From Escherichia coli (lineage in GTDB: Bacteria; Pseudomonadota; Gammaproteobacteria; Enterobacterales; Enterobacteriaceae): 64,000 nucleotides of DNA. Shown here piece by piece: positions 41,408-53,268 of this stretch. Under the pieces are notes generated by a model that was not told the origin of the DNA, made no database searches, and saw only the letters and a program-made list of their open reading frames with translations. Where the stretch lies: NCBI RefSeq assembly GCF_044324875.1, contig NZ_CP172185.1, one strand, 5' to 3'. Positions within the stretch are counted from its first letter, which is position 1. Each line of letters starts with the position of its first letter. The translations under genes were made by a program, and so were the position numbers.

Positions 41408-42280
41408 ATGCTGGCGTTTACCTGGATCGCGCTGCGATTTATCCATTTCACCTCGCTGATGCTGGTCTTTGGCTTCGCAATGTACGGTGCCTGGCTGGCT
41501 CCCTTAACGATTCGTCGCTTGCTGACGAAGCGTTTTCTGCGTTTACAACAACACGCTGCCGTCTGGAGTTTGATCAGTGCCACGGCAATGCTCGCCGTTC
41601 AGGGCGGGTTAATGGGAACGGGATGGACAGATGTATTTTCGCCAAACATTTGGCAGGCTGTTTTGCAAACGCAGTTTGGTGGCGTCTGGTTATGGCAAAT
41701 TGTTCTCGCCCTCGTAACGTTGATCGTCGCCCTTATGCAACCGCGGAATATGCCACGTTTGCTGTTTATGCTCACTACCGCGCAATTTATTCTGCTGGCG
41801 GGAGTCGGCCATGCGACGCTGAATGAAGGGGTAACGGCGAAAATCCATCAGACTAATCACGCGATTCACCTGATTTGTGCGGCGGCGTGGTTTGGGGGAT
41901 TACTGCCGGTGCTCTGGTGTATGGAACTCATCAAAGGCCGTTGGCGACACCAGGCTATTCAGGCGCTGATGCGTTTTTCCTGGTGCGGGCATTTTGCGGT
42001 GATCGGCGTACTGGCAAGCGGCGTGCTTAATGCATTGTTGATTACCGGATTTCCCCCCACGCTTACGACTTACTGGGGCCAACTCTTATTGCTCAAAGCC
42101 ATCCTGGTGATGATTATGGTGGTCATTGCGCTGGCTAATCGTTATGTTCTTGTACCGCGCATGAGGCAGGATGAAGATCGTGCGGCACCCTGGTTTGTGT
42201 GGATGACTAAACTCGAATGGGCGATAGGTGCGGTAGTGCTGGTGATCATCAGCCTGCTTGCGACTCTCGAACCTTTTTGA
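41408..42280 (+). CDS. yebZ: Inner membrane protein YebZ (CopD family)
   Basis: 290-aa polytopic membrane ORF immediately after yobA. Confidence 0.85.
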   Translation: MLAFTWIALRFIHFTSLMLVFGFAMYGAWLAPLTIRRLLTKRFLRLQQHAAVWSLISATAMLAVQGGLMGTGWTDVFSPNIWQAVLQTQFGGVWLWQIVLALVTLIVALMQPRNMPRLLFMLTTAQFILLAGVGHATLNEGVTAKIHQTNHAIHLICAAAWFGGLLPVLWCMELIKGRWRHQAIQALMRFSWCGHFAVIGVLASGVLNALLITGFPPTLTTYWGQLLLLKAILVMIMVVIALANRYVLVPRMRQDEDRAAPWFVWMTKLEWAIGAVVLVIISLLATLEPF

Positions 42281-42292
42281 TGGATTACGAAA

Positions 42293-42634
42293 ATGATGAA
42301 AAAAAGTATTCTGGCGTTTCTGTTACTCACCAGTTCTGCAGCGGCGCTGGCGGCACCGCAGGTGATTACCGTCAGCCGTTTTGAAGTGGGTAAAGACAAA
42401 TGGGCGTTTAATCGCGAAGAGGTGATGCTGACTTGCCGACCGGGTAATGCTTTGTATGTCATCAACCCAAGTACCCTCGTGCAGTATCCTTTAAACGATA
42501 TCGCACAAAAGGAAGTTACCAGTGGGAAGACTAAAGCCCAGCCCATTTCGGTGATTCAGATTGATGATCCTAACAATCGCGGCGAAAAAATGAGTCTGGC
42601 ACCGTTTATAGAACGAGCTGAAAAACTCTGTTAA
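42293..42634 (+). CDS. yebY: YebY (DUF2511 periplasmic protein)
   Basis: 113-aa ORF with signal peptide [22 protein letters not shown]. Confidence 0.8.
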   Translation: MMKKSILAFLLLTSSAAALAAPQVITVSRFEVGKDKWAFNREEVMLTCRPGNALYVINPSTLVQYPLNDIAQKEVTSGKTKAQPISVIQIDDPNNRGEKMSLAPFIERAEKLC

Positions 42635-42667
42635 TTACCTAAAATAACCTTTTGATTTCCAATAAAA

Positions 42668-42706
42668 AAACCGCCTCAGTTCTTTCACCAGAACGGGCGG
42701 TTTTTA
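42668..42706. terminator. Hairpin terminator after yebY, probably bidirectional (also ends RyeA)
   Basis: A-run, CCGCCTCAGTTC...GAACGGGCGG imperfect stem, T-run. Confidence 0.5.
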
Positions 42707-42792
42707 ACATTTAAGCTGATGACCACCGCGCTTTTTATTGACCATTTTGCACGCAAACTGGAAAACCTGGCGTCGTCATCTATTCTTAAAGG

Positions 42793-42896
42793 GCAAGGCA
42801 ACTAAGCCTGCATTAATGCCAACTTTTAGCGCACGGCTCTCTCCCAAGAGCCATTTCCCTGGACCGAATACAGGAATCGTGTTCGGTCTCTTTTTA
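42793..42896 (+). ncRNA. sdsR: sRNA SdsR (RyeB), RpoS-dependent Hfq-binding sRNA
   Basis: GCAAGGCAACTAAGCCTGCATTAATGCCAACTTTTAGCGCACGGC... ending in terminator hairpin ACCGAATACAGGAATCGTGTTCGGTCTCTTTTT; matches my memory of SdsR and its yebY-pphA location; ends approximate. Confidence 0.6.
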
Positions 42897-43029
42897 TCTG
42901 TTAAAAGCCAGAAGCATTCCCTTCGCTGACTTTATAGTCAACCATAACACACACTCTACTGTCTGAGTCCAGCGTTTTTTAACATTCTTGTTAAGATTAT
43001 GTGATCTTTAGCGCGGGAGGAAAATATTG

Positions 43030-43686
43030 ATGAAACAGCCTGCGCCCGTTTATCAGAGAATTGCGGGTCATCAATGGCGACATATCTGGCTTTCAGGCGA
43101 TATACACGGTTGTCTTGAGCAGTTGCGCCGCAAATTATGGCATTGTGGTTTTGATCCGTGGCGAGATTTACTTATCTCAGTGGGAGACGTTATCGATCGT
43201 GGGCCGCAAAGTTTACGTTGCCTGCAGTTACTGGAACAACATTGGGTTCGTGCGGTAAGAGGCAATCATGAACAGATGGCGATGGATGCGCTGGCATCCC
43301 AGCAGATGTCTTTATGGTTGATGAATGGCGGCGACTGGTTTATTGCGCTGGCAGATAATCAACAGAAACAAGCGAAAACGACGCTGGAAAAATGTCAGCA
43401 TTTGCCCTTTATTCTTGAAGTACACAGTCGCACCGGCAAACATGTTATTGCTCATGCCGATTATCCAGATGATGTTTATGAATGGCAAAAGGACGTTGAT
43501 TTGCATCAGGTCTTGTGGAGCCGCTCGCGATTAGGTGAACGCCAAAAAGGGCAGGGAATTACAGGTGCTGATCATTTCTGGTTTGGTCATACACCGTTGC
43601 GCCATCGCGTGGATATTGGCAACCTGCATTATATTGATACAGGTGCTGTCTTTGGGGGCGAACTGACTGTTGTGCAATTGCAATAA
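43030..43686 (+). CDS. pphA: Serine/threonine protein phosphatase 1 (PrpA/PphA)
   Basis: ORF 43027..43686; ATG at 43030 gives 218 aa; metallophosphatase motifs GDIHG, GDVIDRG, GNHE. Confidence 0.85.
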   Translation: MKQPAPVYQRIAGHQWRHIWLSGDIHGCLEQLRRKLWHCGFDPWRDLLISVGDVIDRGPQSLRCLQLLEQHWVRAVRGNHEQMAMDALASQQMSLWLMNGGDWFIALADNQQKQAKTTLEKCQHLPFILEVHSRTGKHVIAHADYPDDVYEWQKDVDLHQVLWSRSRLGERQKGQGITGADHFWFGHTPLRHRVDIGNLHYIDTGAVFGGELTVVQLQ

Positions 43687-43878
43687 TTAAAAATCACCGT
43701 ACTCCTGTGCAGGTCGCCAGAAACCATCTATAAAATCCTCAATCGGAAAACAACCGCCATGGCGGATCCGTTGATCGCTCATAGAATAAAGACACTGCTG
43801 TTCCGTGTTGTAGACATCCACAACAATATCTTCACAACCGCCATCCAGGTAGCAAACAAAAAGTACCAGCGCGAACAT
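43687..43878 (-). CDS. yebW: Small protein YebW
   Basis: ORF 43687..43962; internal Met gives 63 aa MFALVLFVCYLDGG...; length and position match the remembered yebW. Confidence 0.7.
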   Translation of the reverse strand: MFALVLFVCYLDGGCEDIVVDVYNTEQQCLYSMSDQRIRHGGCFPIEDFIDGFWRPAQEYGDF

Positions 43879-43982
43879 TTCATCCCCGAAGTGTGGTGCC
43901 GTACCGTTAAGTTTAGGAGAGATTTTACAACGGGGGAATAACCAGGACAAATAACCCGCCATGCCGACGGGTTCTTTTTGGA

Positions 43983-44219
43983 TTAGGCAAGACGCATAAT
44001 CCAGGCATCAGATTGTTGATCGTAACGGGTACGGTAAAGGACAGAGTGTTCGCCATTTAGCAGGGCAGGAATACTGGTTTCAGCATCCCAGGCATCCAGT
44101 TGCATACATAAATCGGGGTCTGATTTACAAGGAATGGTTAACGTTCGATCACCCGGCGATTCGCCGTGTAATTCGCCGTCGTCGATTTCAAAAGCGCCTA
44201 TGCGCACACTGGTTTTCAT
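43983..44219 (-). CDS. yebV: Small protein YebV
   Basis: ORF 43983..44234; Met at 44219 gives 78 aa MKTSVRIGAFEIDDGELHGE... Confidence 0.8.
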   Translation of the reverse strand: MKTSVRIGAFEIDDGELHGESPGDRTLTIPCKSDPDLCMQLDAWDAETSIPALLNGEHSVLYRTRYDQQSDAWIMRLA

Positions 44220-44336
44220 CTTCGTGCTCTCCATTTAGCTGCCGATTGTGGTACGACCAGTCCGATCGCACCATTTTTCAGCCTAGTTGAGGCAGCCGAA
44301 TGTGCCAGTCAAAAAGTGCGCTTTTTTTGTGCGCTG

Positions 44337-45782
44337 TCAGGCGTTACCGGTAAAAAGTTTCCCGTCTCGCACCAGTTCACGCGGGTAGCTGTTTTTCAGT
44401 CGCGAACCAATTCGTTTGGCTAAACCAATCGGCTGATGCTGGAAAGTAACCAATACATCATCCGCTACTGGCGCGGCTTGCGGGTAAACATCGCGCCCGC
44501 GATACCACTCTTCCGCTTCCTGCGGTGTCAGTTCAAAAGCGTTCACATTGTCGGGGGAGGCAAGGGCAATAACCGCTTCATGCTGCCAGCGATAACCTTT
44601 GTTGTGCGTTTCGGCAAGTTTAATCCCCAGGCGAGAAAATCGGACTTTACCGATCAGGGCTTCAATGTCTACCGGAAACAACCACACTTCTTTGTCGCGC
44701 TGCCAGAGTCGCAGGTTTTCATCCCAGTTTAAGCCAACACCTGCAGCCGCCTGACGAATTTGTCCAGCTTCGCGATCTTTCACCGGGCTGAACGGGAAAT
44801 TGCCCACTTTGTATTTTGGAGCGGGTAAGGCGGGAATCGCCTGAGTTTTACGCAGACGAGCAACGAAGAAGCCTTCGCAGTCGTAAATTTGTGGGAAAAC
44901 ATGCAAAAAGCCTTCCTCGGTCAGCGCCTTGTTTGCACCAGGGAAGAGATCGCCAAGCGGTAAAAACTCTACTGCGTCGGGGTAAGTCTCTTTCAGCCAC
45001 CGGCAGACGGCTTCATTTTCTTCCTGGTTTAAGGTACAGGTCGAGTAAACCAGCGTACCGCCAGGGCGTAATGCATGAAAGGCGCTGTCGATCAGTTCCC
45101 GTTGGGTAGCTGCGATTTCCTGATTGCTTTCGGGTGACCAGTTTTTTAGCGCATCGGGATCTTTACGCACCACGCCTTCGCCGGAGCAGGGAGCGTCCAG
45201 CAAAATGGCATCGAACATTTCTGGCAATGCCGCACCAAACACGCGGCCATCAAAATGTGTGAGCGCAACATTACGGATACCACAGCGGCTGATATTGGCA
45301 TGTAACACTTTTACCCGACTGGCGGAAAACTCATTGGCAAGGATAGCCCCTTCGTTATTCATCCGCGCGGCAATTTGCGTCGTTTTGGAGCCTGGCGCAG
45401 CAGCGACATCCATCACCCGCTGTGGTGCATTACCGTCAGCAAACAAGGCGGCGACGGGCAACATTGAACTGGCTTCCTGAATATAAAACAGGCCACTTAA
45501 ATGCTCGGCGGTACTACCCAACGGCAATGCATCTTCATCGTCGCGTTCAATCCAGAAACCTTCTTCACACCACGGAATTGGCGTAAGCGTCCAGCCATAA
45601 GGAGCGGTTAATTGCAGGAAATCAGCAACGGAGATTTTCAGCGTATTAACGCGAATGCTGCGGCGCAACGGGCGCTGACAGGCGGCAAGAAAATCATCAA
45701 AAGAGAGCGTCGAAGGCATCGCTTCGCGCATTTGCGTCAGAAAGGCGTCCGGGAAATAAACGGTGTGTTGGGCCACGAGCAT
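44337..45782 (-). CDS. rsmF: 16S rRNA m5C1407 methyltransferase RsmF
   Basis: 481-aa ORF; the remembered protein is 479 aa, so the real start may be the GTG at 45776. Confidence 0.9.
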   Translation of the reverse strand: MLVAQHTVYFPDAFLTQMREAMPSTLSFDDFLAACQRPLRRSIRVNTLKISVADFLQLTAPYGWTLTPIPWCEEGFWIERDDEDALPLGSTAEHLSGLFYIQEASSMLPVAALFADGNAPQRVMDVAAAPGSKTTQIAARMNNEGAILANEFSASRVKVLHANISRCGIRNVALTHFDGRVFGAALPEMFDAILLDAPCSGEGVVRKDPDALKNWSPESNQEIAATQRELIDSAFHALRPGGTLVYSTCTLNQEENEAVCRWLKETYPDAVEFLPLGDLFPGANKALTEEGFLHVFPQIYDCEGFFVARLRKTQAIPALPAPKYKVGNFPFSPVKDREAGQIRQAAAGVGLNWDENLRLWQRDKEVWLFPVDIEALIGKVRFSRLGIKLAETHNKGYRWQHEAVIALASPDNVNAFELTPQEAEEWYRGRDVYPQAAPVADDVLVTFQHQPIGLAKRIGSRLKNSYPRELVRDGKLFTGNA

Positions 45783-45855
45783 ATACCACTGGCAAAAAAA
45801 CAGGCGCGCAGTTTAGCATAAACGCTCCGGCGCAGGCACGCCGGAGCAGTGGGCA

Positions 45856-48489
45856 TTATTTGGGAAGCGCAGTACCCCATTCACGCCACTCTTTCGGTTC
45901 ACTTTCCTGCAACAGGAAGTGCTTGCCTTCCTGGGCTTTCGGTGCCAGTGGCGTACCTGGAGGCGTGGCGAAGGCGATGCCGCCACGGATAAACTGGTTA
46001 AAGGTGCCGGTTTTCACGACGCCGCCCGTCAGACCAAAGTCCAGACTGTAACCCGATGCCAACCAGAAGACGGAATTGTTACGCACCAGGTGTTGATAGC
46101 GTTTACTGATGCGCATCGCAATCATCACGCGATCTGACAATGTCCCCAGCGTCATTCCGGTAACCGTACCGACTTCCAGACCACGGAACAGCACAGGCGT
46201 ACCGATGCCTAACGAACCGGCTTCCGGCGCTTCAACAATAATGCTTAAGCCATCCAGGTAACGCGAATCAGTTATGGTGGCCTCTTGTAATTCAAAGTCG
46301 CGGCGAGGATTGCCCCGGCCTGGTTCGACGTTGATATACGGCTGGAGGATAGTATCAAGATGCTCAACGCCAGCTGCCGAAATTTGCGGTGTGACCACTG
46401 AGAAGCGTGTACCACCGCGTGCAAAGGTCTGGACATATTCCGGGTAAAGTACCGCCTTTGCCTGTACTTCATTGCGCGCGGTAATCAGATCCAGCGTCTG
46501 GATTTGCCCGATATCAATACCGAGATAGCGAATTGGCATCCCGACCGCCAGTTTTCCGGCATCGAAAGCGTGAAGCGTAATTTGCCCTCCAACCGCACGG
46601 GCCGCTGTTTCGGAAGCATACAGAATACGCTTGTCGCCTTTACGCTGACTGGCGCTGGCACCGCTGAGGTTATCGAAGCTAATAGCCCCCTTTAATGCTC
46701 TGGAGAGCGGAGATGCCTGTACGGTTAGGCCGCTGCCATTCAGCTGAACTTTCGCCCCACCTTCTGCCCAGAACACGCTGTTGCTGGTCAGAAGGTTGCG
46801 ATACTCCGGCTTAATATGCAGATCGATATCAAACGCGTTAGCTCGCGGACGCACAGTAATAACTTCACCAACTTCAAATTTACGGTACAGCACTACCGAT
46901 CCTGCCTGCACATCCGGCAGCGTCTCTGCACTCAAACTCACGGTTGTGGTGGGTAAATCGCTAAGGCTGTTCTCCAGCGCTTTTTCCAGATTGGCATACA
47001 GTGGATAGCTGGCTTTCATCTCGCCTTTATCGCCTGGCAGAATACGTATCCCGCCGTTAATCCATTCTGAGGCGCTGGCACCGAGAAACTCAACGCCATC
47101 CAGCCCCACCTTCACGTCGACACGGCTGTTGACGACAAATTTGCTATCGCCTTTTACCAGTTCGCGATGCTGAGGCTCGATGGCGACGGTAAAGGTGACG
47201 CCTTTGCTGGTGAGTTTACGATCAATAACCTGGCCTACCTGCACGCCGTGAAGAATGAGCGGCTGACCAGCATCAATGCCGTAACTTTCCGGCGCGGTCA
47301 GGGTCAGCGTCAGAACATCCGGCTCATGGAGCAGGGCTTTTTCACCTGGCACAACAATAAACTCTTTACGTGGCTCGCCATCGCCGGGCACCAACTCAAA
47401 GGTTTTTCCGGTCAGCAGGGCACTGAGATTGGCATCGCTAAGGGATAATTTCGGGTTGCGTAATTCGATGCGGGTATTTTCACGAAGCAGGGTGACGACG
47501 CTGGGATCAACGGTCATTTCCCCAGTGACTTTACCACCAGGATTTAAATCCAGTTTAGTCAGCTGTCCGACTTCCAGCCCCTGATACATTAACGGCGTCG
47601 AGTCGGCGGTTAATCCGGCCCCACTCGGCAGTTCCAGTTTTATTATTACGCCACGCTGGCTGTGGGCGAGATCTTCATACAGACCAAAGGTATCTTCCGC
47701 CTCGGCAGGTTTCGACTCTTCAGGTGAATCGAAGGCAATCGCACCGTTAACCAGTGCCGCCAGACTTTCCAGTTTCACCTTCGCGCCACTGATACTGACG
47801 TTGGCATCAACGCCAGAAACGTTCCAGAAACGGCTACCTTTTTTCACCAGGTCGGTAAAACGCCGCTCGATCAGGACATCAATCACCACGCCTTGCTTGT
47901 TGGGATTGATGGCATAGTCGTAGACTTTTCCGACCGGGATCTTGCGGAAATAGACCAATGAACCGCTGTTCAGCGAACCGAGATCGGGGGCTTGCAGGTG
48001 GATCATCAGATCGCCGTTATCCAGCCGATACTTCGGTTGGGTATCGAGTGCGACAAAGTGATCCTGCTCCTTACCTTTACCTGGCATCATGCCGATATAG
48101 TTACCACCGACGAGGGCGTCCAGTCCGGAGACACCTGCCAACGAGGCCTTTGGCGTCACCAGCCAGAACTGTGTCTCTTCGCGCAGCGCATCTTTCATAT
48201 CGGACTTGATGCTGACCTTGACTTCAATCTTACGAAGATCGTCGCTCAGGCTGATATCCTGCACAGTTCCGACTTCAACGCCCTGATAACGAACAGGGGT
48301 GCGGCCCGGGACAATGCCATCCGCCGACATAAAGTCGATGGTGACGGTATTACCCCGGTCCTGATAACTATCCCAAATCAGCCAACCGGCAATCATTAGC
48401 GCGATGAACGGCAGCAGCCAGAAAGGTGAGATACGGCGTTTATTTTTAATCTGCGCTTCAGTCGTCGAAGCGGGCGTTTCCTGACTCAT
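45856..48489 (-). CDS. letB: Lipophilic envelope-spanning tunnel protein LetB (YebT), multi-MCE-domain protein
   Basis: ORF 45856..48531; start at [28 protein letters not shown] (877 aa); repeated MCE-like segments. Confidence 0.9.
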   Translation of the reverse strand: MSQETPASTTEAQIKNKRRISPFWLLPFIALMIAGWLIWDSYQDRGNTVTIDFMSADGIVPGRTPVRYQGVEVGTVQDISLSDDLRKIEVKVSIKSDMKDALREETQFWLVTPKASLAGVSGLDALVGGNYIGMMPGKGKEQDHFVALDTQPKYRLDNGDLMIHLQAPDLGSLNSGSLVYFRKIPVGKVYDYAINPNKQGVVIDVLIERRFTDLVKKGSRFWNVSGVDANVSISGAKVKLESLAALVNGAIAFDSPEESKPAEAEDTFGLYEDLAHSQRGVIIKLELPSGAGLTADSTPLMYQGLEVGQLTKLDLNPGGKVTGEMTVDPSVVTLLRENTRIELRNPKLSLSDANLSALLTGKTFELVPGDGEPRKEFIVVPGEKALLHEPDVLTLTLTAPESYGIDAGQPLILHGVQVGQVIDRKLTSKGVTFTVAIEPQHRELVKGDSKFVVNSRVDVKVGLDGVEFLGASASEWINGGIRILPGDKGEMKASYPLYANLEKALENSLSDLPTTTVSLSAETLPDVQAGSVVLYRKFEVGEVITVRPRANAFDIDLHIKPEYRNLLTSNSVFWAEGGAKVQLNGSGLTVQASPLSRALKGAISFDNLSGASASQRKGDKRILYASETAARAVGGQITLHAFDAGKLAVGMPIRYLGIDIGQIQTLDLITARNEVQAKAVLYPEYVQTFARGGTRFSVVTPQISAAGVEHLDTILQPYINVEPGRGNPRRDFELQEATITDSRYLDGLSIIVEAPEAGSLGIGTPVLFRGLEVGTVTGMTLGTLSDRVMIAMRISKRYQHLVRNNSVFWLASGYSLDFGLTGGVVKTGTFNQFIRGGIAFATPPGTPLAPKAQEGKHFLLQESEPKEWREWGTALPK

Positions 48490-49741
48490 GTGCATCCCAA
48501 AGTAAGCGGCTGTCCAGCCATTCCACAGCAAGAATAGTCAAAATTACCGCTGCGCCGAAATAAAACGCAGCCGGTCCCATAGTAAAAGCGAGGATCTGAT
48601 CGCGATTAATCAGCGACATGGTTAAAGATATGACAAACAGGTCGAGCATCGACCAGCGACCAATCCAGGTCACCATCCGCAGTAACAGAATGCGTGTGCG
48701 TAAACCTTGCTGGCATTTAAAATGAATACTCAACAGTAAAGTGAACATGACGATCACTTTAGTAAACGGTACCAGAATACTGGCGATAAACACGATTCCC
48801 GCAACGGCAATGTTGCTACTTGCCAGCGACATAATTCCGGAAAGAATTGTATCTTCCTGCCGGCCACCATTCAGATAAATGATAGAAATAGGCAACAGGT
48901 TGGCAGGTAACAATAAAACGATTGACGCTAACAGCGCCGCCCAGCATTTTTGCAGACTATGACGGCGACGCAGGCGTAGCGGGATATGGCAACGCGGGCA
49001 GCGACCACGCTGATCAGGATAGCCGGTAAAATGGCACCCAAGACAGACACGGAGTTTCTCGTCTCTACGCGTAGCGGGGCGCTGTGGATAAAATCGCTCC
49101 CACAGTTCTTCGACATTGAGATGTGACAACGTCACCGTCGTTAAAATCACTAACGCCACAAAAGAGAACAAGCCGACACCCGCCTGGATATGGGCATAAT
49201 CCTGTACCTTTATAGAAGCAACGCCAATGCCGACCAGGTAGATATCGAGCATTACCCACTCTTTCAGTCGCTCAAGCATCAGCAATACCGGACGTAAATT
49301 CATTCCCAGTCGGTTACCAAACCATAAATAAGCTATGGAGGTCACCAGAATGAGGGGGGCACCAATAACGCAAAAAAAGACCATTGATCCCGTTATCGCA
49401 TCGCCCTGTTTGGTCATTTGCCAGATGCCTTGCATGACGTTGGCGTCAATACGAATGCCTAACAGCCAGATATGCAACAGCGGTTCGCCCCAGGCAAACG
49501 GCATAAGCAACAGCATAGCGAACGCCATTGCCGCCAGGCGCGTCAGCGACCAGTCGCGCCCGTCACGAATTTTTGCCTGACAGCGCGGACAATAGGCACT
49601 TTGATGAGAATTTATCTCAGGCAGGCTAAACAGCATGTCACATTGCGGGCAACGTTGGTAATCACCACGCGGCAGTTCCTCGCCCATTGCCCTCACTGTT
49701 ATCTTTTTTGTCGGCGTAATTTGTGGTGTGTTAAGAGCCAT
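48458..49741 (-). CDS. letA: LetA (YebS), PqiA-like inner membrane protein
   Basis: 427-aa ORF with two CxxC zinc-ribbon-like pairs; overlaps the letB start by 32 nt. Confidence 0.9.
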   Translation of the reverse strand: MALNTPQITPTKKITVRAMGEELPRGDYQRCPQCDMLFSLPEINSHQSAYCPRCQAKIRDGRDWSLTRLAAMAFAMLLLMPFAWGEPLLHIWLLGIRIDANVMQGIWQMTKQGDAITGSMVFFCVIGAPLILVTSIAYLWFGNRLGMNLRPVLLMLERLKEWVMLDIYLVGIGVASIKVQDYAHIQAGVGLFSFVALVILTTVTLSHLNVEELWERFYPQRPATRRDEKLRVCLGCHFTGYPDQRGRCPRCHIPLRLRRRHSLQKCWAALLASIVLLLPANLLPISIIYLNGGRQEDTILSGIMSLASSNIAVAGIVFIASILVPFTKVIVMFTLLLSIHFKCQQGLRTRILLLRMVTWIGRWSMLDLFVISLTMSLINRDQILAFTMGPAAFYFGAAVILTILAVEWLDSRLLWDAHESGNARFDD

Positions 49742-49870
49742 GACGTGCCAAATGTAATAAGAATTAACATTAATCTTAACCCATGATGGGAATGATCTTG
49801 AGCATTAACGCATTTAATGCTTATTTTAATAGGCTGGCAGTTCCAGGTAAGACAACCAAGTGATTATATA

Positions 49871-50368
49871 ATGAACAAAACAGAATTTTACGCGGATTTA
49901 AATCGCGACTTTAACGCGCTGATGGCAGGAGAAACCAGTTTTCTGGCAACGCTTGCTAACACCAGTGCGTTGTTATATGAGCGTCTCAGTGACGTTAACT
50001 GGGCAGGTTTTTATTTGCTTGAGGACGATACACTGGTGCTCGGACCATTTCAGGGCAAAATTGCCTGTGTCCGGATACCCGTCGGGCGCGGCGTGTGCGG
50101 CACTGCGGTTGCCCGCAATCAAGTGCAGCGTATCGAGGATGTTCATGCGTTTGACGGGCATATTGCCTGTGATGCGGCGAGTAATTCTGAAATTGTTCTG
50201 CCGCTGGTGGTGAAAAATCAGATTATTGGTGTTCTCGACATCGACAGTACCGTCTTCGGTCGCTTTACAGACGAGGACGAGCAAGGCTTACGTCAGCTTG
50301 TGGCACAGCTTGAAAAGGTGCTTGCAACGACGGATTACAAAAAATTCTTTGCGAGCGTCGCAGGATAA
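49871..50368 (+). CDS. msrC: Free methionine-(R)-sulfoxide reductase MsrC (GAF domain)
   Basis: ORF 49817..50368; Met at 49871 gives 165 aa MNKTEFYADLNRDFNALMAG...; alternative start 49817. Confidence 0.85.
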   Translation: MNKTEFYADLNRDFNALMAGETSFLATLANTSALLYERLSDVNWAGFYLLEDDTLVLGPFQGKIACVRIPVGRGVCGTAVARNQVQRIEDVHAFDGHIACDAASNSEIVLPLVVKNQIIGVLDIDSTVFGRFTDEDEQGLRQLVAQLEKVLATTDYKKFFASVAG

Positions 50369-50464
50369 TCAACGGATAACGTAGCATTTACTGATAGCGT
50401 CATTATAATGACGCCTGTTCATGCCTGCGCTTGTTGGCTACGTCCGTTGTAATCAGGAAATTTC

Positions 50465-51163
50465 ATGGAAAATCAACCTAAGTTGAATAGCAGTAAAGAA
50501 GTAATCGCGTTTCTGGCCGAACGTTTTCCCCACTGTTTCAGTGCGGAAGGTGAAGCGCGTCCGCTGAAAATCGGTATTTTTCAGGATTTGGTCGATCGTG
50601 TTGCCGGGGAAATGAACCTGAGCAAAACGCAATTGCGATCCGCTTTACGTCTCTACACTTCTAGCTGGCGTTATCTTTACGGTGTTAAACCCGGCGCAAC
50701 GCGTGTCGATCTTGATGGCAACCCATGCGGTGAGCTGGACGAGCAACATGTAGAGCATGCTCGCAAGCAGCTTGAAGAAGCGAAAGCGCGTGTTCAGGCA
50801 CAGCGTGCTGAACAGCAAGCGAAAAAACGCGAAGCTGCCGCAGCTGCTGGTGAGAAAGAAGACGCACCGCGCCGTGAACGCAAGCCACGTCCGACCACGC
50901 CACGCCGCAAAGAAGGCGCAGAGCGTAAACCACGTGCGCAAAAGCCGGTAGAGAAAGCGCCAAAAACAGTAAAAGCACCTCGCGAAGAACAGCACACCCC
51001 GGTTTCTGACATTTCAGCTCTGACTGTCGGACAAGCCCTGAAGGTGAAAGCGGGTCAAAACGCGATGGATGCCACCGTATTAGAAATCACCAAAGACGGC
51101 GTCCGCGTCCAGCTGAATTCGGGTATGTCTTTGATTGTGCGCGCAGAACACCTGGTGTTCTGA
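50465..51163 (+). CDS. proQ: RNA chaperone ProQ
   Basis: 232-aa ORF with FinO-like N-terminus, basic Ala/Lys/Arg-rich linker and C-terminal Tudor-like domain. Confidence 0.95.
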
Positions 51164-51182
51164 AACGGAGGCCGGGCCAGGC

Positions 51183-53231
51183 ATGAACATGTTTTTTAGG
51201 CTTACCGCGTTAGCTGGCCTGCTTGCAATAGCAGGCCAGACCTTCGCTGTAGAAGATATCACGCGTGCTGATCAAATTCCGGTATTAAAGGAAGAGACGC
51301 AGCATGCGACGGTGAGTGAGCGCGTAACGTCGCGCTTCACCCGTTCTCATTATCGCCAGTTCGACCTCGATCAGGCATTTTCGGCCAAAATCTTTGACCG
51401 CTACCTGAATCTGCTCGATTACAGCCACAACGTGCTGCTGGCAAGCGATGTTGAACAGTTCGCGAAAAAGAAAACCGAGTTAGGCGATGAACTGCGTTCA
51501 GGAAAACTCGACGTTTTCTACGATCTCTACAATTTGGCGCAAAAGCGCCGTTTTGAGCGTTACCAGTACGCTTTGTCGGTACTGGAAAAGCCGATGGATT
51601 TTACCGGCAACGACACTTATAACCTTGACCGCAGCAAAGCGCCATGGCCGAAAAACGAGGCTGAGTTGAACGCGCTGTGGGACAGTAAAGTCAAATTCGA
51701 CGAGTTAAGCCTGAAGCTGACAGGAAAAACGGATAAAGAAATTCGTGAAACCCTGACTCGCCGCTACAAATTTGCCATTCGTCGTCTGGCGCAAACCAAC
51801 AGCGAAGATGTTTTCTCGCTGGCAATGACGGCGTTTGCACGTGAAATCGACCCGCATACCAACTATCTTTCCCCGCGTAATACCGAACAGTTCAACACTG
51901 AAATGAGTTTGTCGCTGGAAGGTATTGGCGCAGTGCTGCAAATGGATGATGACTACACCGTTATCAATTCGATGGTGGCAGGTGGCCCGGCAGCGAAGAG
52001 TAAAGCTATCAGCGTTGGTGACAAAATTGTCGGTGTTGGTCAAACAGGCAAGCCGATGGTTGACGTGATTGGCTGGCGTCTTGATGATGTGGTTGCCTTA
52101 ATTAAAGGGCCGAAGGGCAGTAAAGTTCGTCTGGAAATTTTACCTGCTGGTAAAGGGACCAAGACCCGTACTGTAACGTTGACCCGTGAACGTATTCGCC
52201 TCGAAGACCGCGCGGTTAAAATGTCGGTGAAGACCGTCGGTAAAGAAAAAGTCGGCGTGCTGGATATTCCGGGCTTCTATGTGGGTTTGACAGACGATGT
52301 CAAAGTGCAGTTGCAGAAACTGGAAAAACAGAATGTCAGCAGTGTCATCATCGACCTGCGTAGCAATGGCGGTGGGGCGTTGACCGAAGCGGTATCGCTC
52401 TCAGGTCTGTTCATTCCATCTGGTCCGATTGTTCAGGTCCGTGATAACAACGGTAAAGTTCGTGAAGACAGCGATACCGACGGGCAGGTTTTCTATAAAG
52501 GCCCGCTGGTGGTGCTGGTTGACCGCTTCAGTGCTTCGGCTTCAGAAATCTTTGCTGCTGCCATGCAGGATTACGGTCGTGCGCTGGTTGTGGGTGAACC
52601 GACGTTTGGTAAAGGCACCGTTCAGCAATACCGTTCATTGAACCGTATTTACGATCAGATGTTACGTCCTGAATGGCCAGCGCTGGGTTCTGTGCAGTAC
52701 ACGATCCAGAAATTCTATCGCGTTAACGGCGGCAGTACGCAACGTAAAGGCGTAACGCCAGACATCATCATGCCGACGGGTAATGAAGAAACGGAAACCG
52801 GTGAGAAATTCGAAGATAACGCGCTGCCGTGGGATAGCATCGATGCCGCGACCTATGTGAAATCGGGAGATTTGACGGCCTTTGGACTGGAGCTGCTGAA
52901 GGAACATAATGCGCGTATCGCGAAAGATCCTGAGTTCCAGAACATCATGAAGGATATCGCGCGCTTCAACGCTATGAAGGACAAGCGCAATATCGTTTCT
53001 CTGAATTACGCTGTGCGTGAGAAAGAGAATAATGAAGATGATGCGACGCGTCTGGCGCGTTTGAACGAACGCTTTAAACGCGAAGGTAAACCGGAGTTGA
53101 AGAAACTGGATGATCTACCGAAAGATTACCAGGAGCCGGATCCTTATCTGGATGAGACGGTGAATATCGCACTCGATCTGGCGAAGCTTGAAAAAGCCAG
53201 ACCCGCGGAACAACCCGCTCCCGTCAAGTAA
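51183..53231 (+). CDS. prc: Tail-specific periplasmic protease Prc (Tsp)
   Basis: ORF 51135..53231; Met at 51183 gives 682 aa with signal peptide MNMFFRLTALAGLLAIAGQTFA. Confidence 0.9.
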   Translation: MNMFFRLTALAGLLAIAGQTFAVEDITRADQIPVLKEETQHATVSERVTSRFTRSHYRQFDLDQAFSAKIFDRYLNLLDYSHNVLLASDVEQFAKKKTELGDELRSGKLDVFYDLYNLAQKRRFERYQYALSVLEKPMDFTGNDTYNLDRSKAPWPKNEAELNALWDSKVKFDELSLKLTGKTDKEIRETLTRRYKFAIRRLAQTNSEDVFSLAMTAFAREIDPHTNYLSPRNTEQFNTEMSLSLEGIGAVLQMDDDYTVINSMVAGGPAAKSKAISVGDKIVGVGQTGKPMVDVIGWRLDDVVALIKGPKGSKVRLEILPAGKGTKTRTVTLTRERIRLEDRAVKMSVKTVGKEKVGVLDIPGFYVGLTDDVKVQLQKLEKQNVSSVIIDLRSNGGGALTEAVSLSGLFIPSGPIVQVRDNNGKVREDSDTDGQVFYKGPLVVLVDRFSASASEIFAAAMQDYGRALVVGEPTFGKGTVQQYRSLNRIYDQMLRPEWPALGSVQYTIQKFYRVNGGSTQRKGVTPDIIMPTGNEETETGEKFEDNALPWDSIDAATYVKSGDLTAFGLELLKEHNARIAKDPEFQNIMKDIARFNAMKDKRNIVSLNYAVREKENNEDDATRLARLNERFKREGKPELKKLDDLPKDYQEPDPYLDETVNIALDLAKLEKARPAEQPAPVK

Positions 53232-53238
53232 TATCAAT

Positions 53239-53268
53239 CAGGCACAAGAAATTGTGCCTGATTTTTTA
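53239..53268 (+). terminator. Rho-independent terminator after prc
   Basis: CAGGCACAA-GAAA-TTGTGCCTG followed by a T6 run. Confidence 0.6.

Larger units (their letters stand above)
42665..42940 (-). ncRNA. ryeA: sRNA RyeA (SraC), antisense to and encompassing SdsR; boundaries uncertain
   Basis: Known antisense partner of SdsR at this locus; minus-strand terminator inferred from the yebY-proximal hairpin; 5' end not determinable by eye. Confidence 0.4.
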
